A stretch of DNA of 64,000 nucleotides from Oikopleura dioica. Taxonomy: Eukaryota > Animalia > Chordata. Below the pieces are notes generated by a model. It did not search any database and had not been told where the DNA came from. It was given only the letters and a program-made list of their open reading frames with translations. Of the stretch, positions 59,252-64,000 are shown in pieces. The first letter of the stretch is position 1, and every line of letters begins with the position of its first letter. Where the stretch lies: positions 1,881,929-1,945,928 of the forward strand of contig OU015570.1 in assembly GCA_907165135.1 (NCBI GenBank), read 5' to 3'. Position numbers and translations under genes: made by a program.

Positions 59252-62200
59252 TTAGGAATTAGTAATGAGATTGAAAATTTGCTGAAAGTCCATTTCGCCC
59301 TCGTATGATCGAATAGTGTCAACAATGTGCTTTCTGTAATTATGATTTTGCAGTGCTTCTGCTGACACAATATGGGCCTTACGACCCAAATTGGTCAAAA
59401 AATCGATACTCCGGAAATACATGTAACTTTTCAACACAAACACGCGATCAATACACCGACGCTTATGGGACTTGGCAACAATTTTTCGAAACTCCTGATT
59501 ACTTCTTTCTAAAGTATTACTAGTTAAATCAAGGAAGATATCAGCCTCACTAAGAGGCTTGTACCAACTCAAACGCTCTGCGTCGGTGGCAAACCGTTTT
59601 CGATATTTTTTAATGAGTTTCTCACTTGCTTTACGCAACTCGTCGTTTTTCAGACGATCTCGACAAAGATCATCGAATTGAATTTTTCAAGAAGAAAGTC
59701 GAGAAAGGAAACAATCCTTTCATGTGGAAGAAAAGGAAGAGAACGAATACAAGTGTACAAATTCTGAAAGCTCACATTCTCAATCAAGTCATCATGATTG
59801 TCAGCATTAAAATCTTTCGAGCGTTAGCTGTATAGTGAAAAAAACAATTTTGCGTATAAATACCATCAATGTGATTTGCTGCAGTTGAATAAAGAGCAGG
59901 CTCAGAATCTGTACACAAAATTGACCCATACATTTTCGAACCTTTGATGGACAAATGAATTTCATTAAGCTTCGTAAAAATCATGTTGTACTCTTCAAAC
60001 GTCCTGTAGAAATGTAAAACCGCATATATGACGCAATTTTGCATTGAGCCATTTTCATCATGGATCTTTGCTTGAACAAATAAGCATTGCTTGAAGCGAC
60101 CTCGCCATAATGTCCACAAAGAACCATCTTAAATGAATCTGTTAACTCCGCAACCGATGATTGATAATTCGACTATTCATCTATCAAAAATGGGGGTCAT
60201 GCACGGTCTAGCACTATCTTGCTTCTTCATGCATGTTCTTCAAAACTCTCGTAATCTTCAGCAAAAAAAGTTACATCTCAATGGGGCTTTACGTTTATAT
60301 GAGGCAAATTGATGAACCGAGGGAATCGAAAAAAGTACCCAGTGCAGTCGAGCACGACAAAAAACGGCTTTACGAGGCAAACCCTCCGAATATCTATTTT
60401 ACAACTCGCGCGGTAAAAAAAAGTGTCTCCAAAAAGAGGGGGTTCAACAAAGGTTTCGCTTCCGGAAAATTTCCAAAAATGACGCTTCTTGAACAATTAC
60501 TTTTTCCAAAAGATCATTTTTCGAAAACACATTCGATCAAAATTGTCAATTTATTGAAGGGAAAAAGGACCACACGCTAATAGTGGTCGTTTATTTAGAG
60601 AAATAATTAATAAGAATTTTCATTCTGCAATTTGTGCAGATTAATGGTTTACCATCATAAATTGCTAGTTTGATGTATGACTATTATTAATCGTCCCGTT
60701 TTTATCATTTTAACGACTCGTGCGATAATAAGCCTGGGCATATTCCTTTCGCTAATAATAATCAGACGACTTTGTTATACTTATCGCCTATTGTACCTAG
60801 AATGAGTCACTCTTGCGATTTTGGCGCAATAATTTCGTTTATGGAGCAAGCTACTAGCGCACAGACTCATGCCAAGTATTCATAAACTGCTACTAAAGAG
60901 ATTCTAGTTAAAGCCATTCTGGCCAACATCTGCTGTATCTGGTCAGAGTTCCGGCCTAATAAATCTTGACCTTCGTCGACCTTCGTTCGAGTCATTTTCT
61001 GATTTAAAATATGCCAGAAACGGCAGTTCTTTATTCAGAGAAAAAGGATCAAATGAGGGTGACAAGAAATTTGATGAATTTCTAAAAAGGAATTTTTTCC
61101 CTTTTCCGAATATTCAAAATCTTTCCACACTTCCCATGCAATCTGCAAGCGTAAAGAGCAAACTCAACGATGTAAGTTATCAGTTGCAATTTCAATTGAA
61201 ACTTCACCATGAAATCACTCAAATAAGCTAAGTCAATCAAACTTATCAGAACACAACATAAAAGATGCGTTTAAGTCAAAGCTGACTGTACTATCGTTCT
61301 GAGCGTCTTTATAAAGTGACAAGTTAATCAATTACCAATCTTTATCCGCCACCAAAAAGCTTTGTGCGAGATGGAACCCAGGTTTTATTTTCTCCTCGAG
61401 ATCATTTTCTTAATTCGCCTTAGCTGAAATAAAAAAACAGCAAGAATCGAAAGATTTTAAGCTGATTTTTGCAGGCAACAAAGAGATTCTTCTAAATTGC
61501 TCTTAACCTAATTACTCGGTCATAGTCCTAGTCAATAGCAAGATTCTGATCATCAGAATACATTTCTTTTCTTTTTAAACCGCGAAAAAACAATGAGCAT
61601 CTCTCGTATTCTATTTTATCTATCTCTGCCATAACAAAAATTAAAAATTAAGAGAGCGCGCAGATCGAATTTTTTCGCGTGTTTACGTTCCTTTGAAATA
61701 GACGGAAGGGAAATTTAACTTGCTCAAGAGAGAAATAATAGCCATGGAAAGAAGGCTTTTCAATTGTAAAGGGTTAACGATGGTCTGGTGTTTCTTGGCT
61801 TAAGAAATCTAGGAGCATAATTAATATTTGAAGGGGAAGAACAATCCCCTACTTTTCAGCAGAAAATTTTCAAATCCAATTGCCCCTTACCACGGGGCTT
61901 CGCCCCTTTGGTCCTAAGATGCCGGGGTCTAGTCTAGGGTTACTTAGGGTTACCTTCGGTAACCCTAACTAACCCTAGCCTATCCCCCTCGGGTAAGTTT
62001 GTTCTGTCATTTTGCCCAGTGCCCCTAACACTAGCCTCAAATTATAAAGAATACTTCAAGCTTAAAGTTGATTTTTAATAAATTGTCACTTACCTACGAG
62101 AATCGACTGATATTGAGAAGGAAGTTTTCGAATGAGTTTTTCGTTGTAGAAATAAATCACTCCTGTTTCTGCATCTGGATGCATGATTTTTCTTCCATTT

Positions 62201-63027
62201 TCACAAAGATCTGTGTCAAAGCTCACAGAAAGCTTCGCAAAACGAAAGAAGATACGATTCTCTTCCTTTATTTTTTTCATGAATTTTTTCGAGCTCATTT
62301 CCTGACTCAGAAAAATCATAGTTCGATACATCATCAATCTCCTGACGCTCAAGCTCGTATTTTCGTCGGAGAAATCGGATCATTTCAAAGAACTCTCTGT
62401 CAGCAGGGAAATTTTCAATAAACTCATCTTCGGAAAAGAGCTCCAACAATTTACGATGACAGAGCATTTTGATTTCCGTATCAGTACTGTGTCGCAAGCT
62501 TGAAAAATTTTAAAAATTTAAAATGATCACTCCAAAAACCTTTCAAAATTCTCGTTAAGAATTTGTTTAAGAGAATTTTTAACACGAATTCTCAATGTGA
62601 TGTGATTGCCACATGTGTGAGCACCACCAGCGACAGGAATGATATGGTATTTTGAAGGATCAAATGTGTTCGAATTTCGGACGATCAATGTCTTGAACTC
62701 ATTCGTTTGATAGGGCGTTCCATCATCTTTTTTTCTAAATCGGATATAGTGTTTTCTTTCCGAGATAGATTGATCGATTTTTAAAATGTTCAAAAATTGT
62801 CCAATAAAATGAAAAAGTCTTATTTCATACATATAAAATTGAACCATAACTTGAACTTTGTACGTGACTTGGCAGTTTTCGCCGGAACATCCATAAGTAA
62901 TGAAGGAGGACAAGGCATATTTCTGGTGAATTAAGATCTCTCGATCACCTTCGACAATTATGATGGAAGGATAGTCCTTGTTATTCCTCACAATCTCTTT
63001 TATTTCGATAAAAATAATATCATCCAT
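59252..63027 (-). pseudogene. MULE transposase, multi-exon, frameshifted
   Basis: N-terminal C..C...H.C..H (WRKY/FLYWCH-like) region; ILV-D-GSL across intron 62093-60128; CTDSEPAL, CFFH, RSLPFLP and TSNTLERSN motifs; frameshifts near 59815 and 59660. Confidence 0.85.
61890..62030 (-). repeat. Intact copy of the telomere-like hairpin repeat
   Basis: ctagggttacttagggttacc-ttc-ggtaaccctaactaaccctag plus ggggc-ttc-gcccc. Confidence 0.75.
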
Positions 63028-64000
63028 ATTGCATTTATAAAGATTATCTGCAAGAAAAAGAATGAGCGATGAGAGAAGATTTCTGACTTTTAATAGAGGA
63101 AAATTTCTAGATTGCTTTAGTCACAAGATTTGCAGATGATAGAAATAACGAATCTCGAGATTTTTAACATTGCGTCATAATTTTGCCGAAGAATCAGTGT
63201 ATTATTTTCCAGTCATTATTCGGTCTCAGACCGAGATACCGAAGAATCAGTGTTAATAAAAGCATCAATACTTCGGCATTTTAGCCGAAGAATCAGAGCA
63301 ATTGCAGACATTGATTCTTCGGCCTTGCCGAAGAATCAGCCCATACCACGCTTATTTGGATCTGCTCAGCTAAGCTCAGCTCAATAACCTCTAAAAATGG
63401 CCAGCTCAGCTCAGCTCAGTGAGCTCCAAAATAGGCGTGCTCAGCTCAGCTCAGAGAATTTCTCACTCATGGCAGCTCAGCTCAGCTCTTTAAAAATAAA
63501 GCCAAATTTGTAACTCTGGTGGGAGATTGGAGCTGAGATTTTTGAAAATTTCGAGCTGTTATCTTAATCCTGGGTTAATCGATTTCTATCTGGGCTTTTC
63601 CAGCGGCTATCCAATCTTGGGAAGTCATGATCGACATTCGAGAAGCATGATTTGCAACTGAGAAGCCGAGACTGAGGTCTGAGAAGCTAGGATTCAAGTA
63701 AATGACGCTTGGATCGGCATAAAGAAGCCGGGATCGACGCTGGAGATGCAATAATTGACGTTTGAGTCACAAGGATTGACGTCTGAAAGCTATGATCGAA
63801 GTTGTTGAAGCCGGGATTGAAGTTGATGAAGCCGGGACTGACTGTGGAGAAGCCAATAAAAACAGTTTTATCGTCAATCATTGATTGACAATCAATCTAA
63901 ATTAATTCGCATCGCCGTTAGCCAAAGGCGACTATTTTGTTTATAATAGGATGATAAAAGGTATATCAATAGAGCCAGCATAAATATGCAGAAAAAACTG

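Larger units (their letters stand above)
58774..63350 (-). mobile_element. Mutator-like (MULE) DNA transposon, 4.6 kb
   Basis: 9-bp TSD CTTATTTGG (58765-58773, 63351-63359); ~200-bp TIRs made of ctgattcttcggc repeats; inserted in a gctcag-repeat element. Confidence 0.85.
57255..63875. repeat. Diverged ~300-bp inverted repeat pair (57255-57560 / 63560-63875) enclosing the MULE region
   Basis: Both arms are built from aatcccggcttc-type subrepeats in opposite orientation. Probably an older TIR element; TSD not resolved. Confidence 0.55.

Noticed and set aside
1-64000. tRNA, rRNA or spliced-leader RNA genes
   Set aside because: No recognisable cloverleaf, rRNA or SL sequence found by eye.

Overview
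This is eukaryotic, almost entirely transposon-derived DNA with no recognisable host housekeeping gene. The very short (35-50 nt) spliceosomal introns, the env-bearing Ty3/gypsy elements and the TTAGGG-like motifs suggest a larvacean tunicate such as Oikopleura, whose Tor retroelements fit this description. That attribution is inference. Four LTR elements can be delimited by LTR pairs and 4-bp TSDs, in two nested pairs. E1 (6364-27733, +) is non-autonomous, with TA...TA termini, a decayed gag, no pol and antisense ORFs. E1 contains E2 (17067-27159, -: gag-UGA-pol-env plus an antisense ORF) and a 6-kb hAT-type foldback element with an internal 56-57 bp satellite. E3 (31989-54167, -: gag with a CCCH finger, UGA-pol, no env but an orphan ORF3 between two PPT copies) contains E4 (36998-49060, -: gag, pol, intact env and two intron-containing antisense genes) and a pogo transposon. 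The right end holds a decayed intron-containing MULE (58774-63350), several MITEs and hairpin minisatellites. The most interesting signal is that these retrovirus-like elements carry extra genes of unknown function between pol/env and the 3' LTR, mostly antisense and in E4 apparently spliced. All coordinates, splice models and motif calls were made by eye; no database searches were run.
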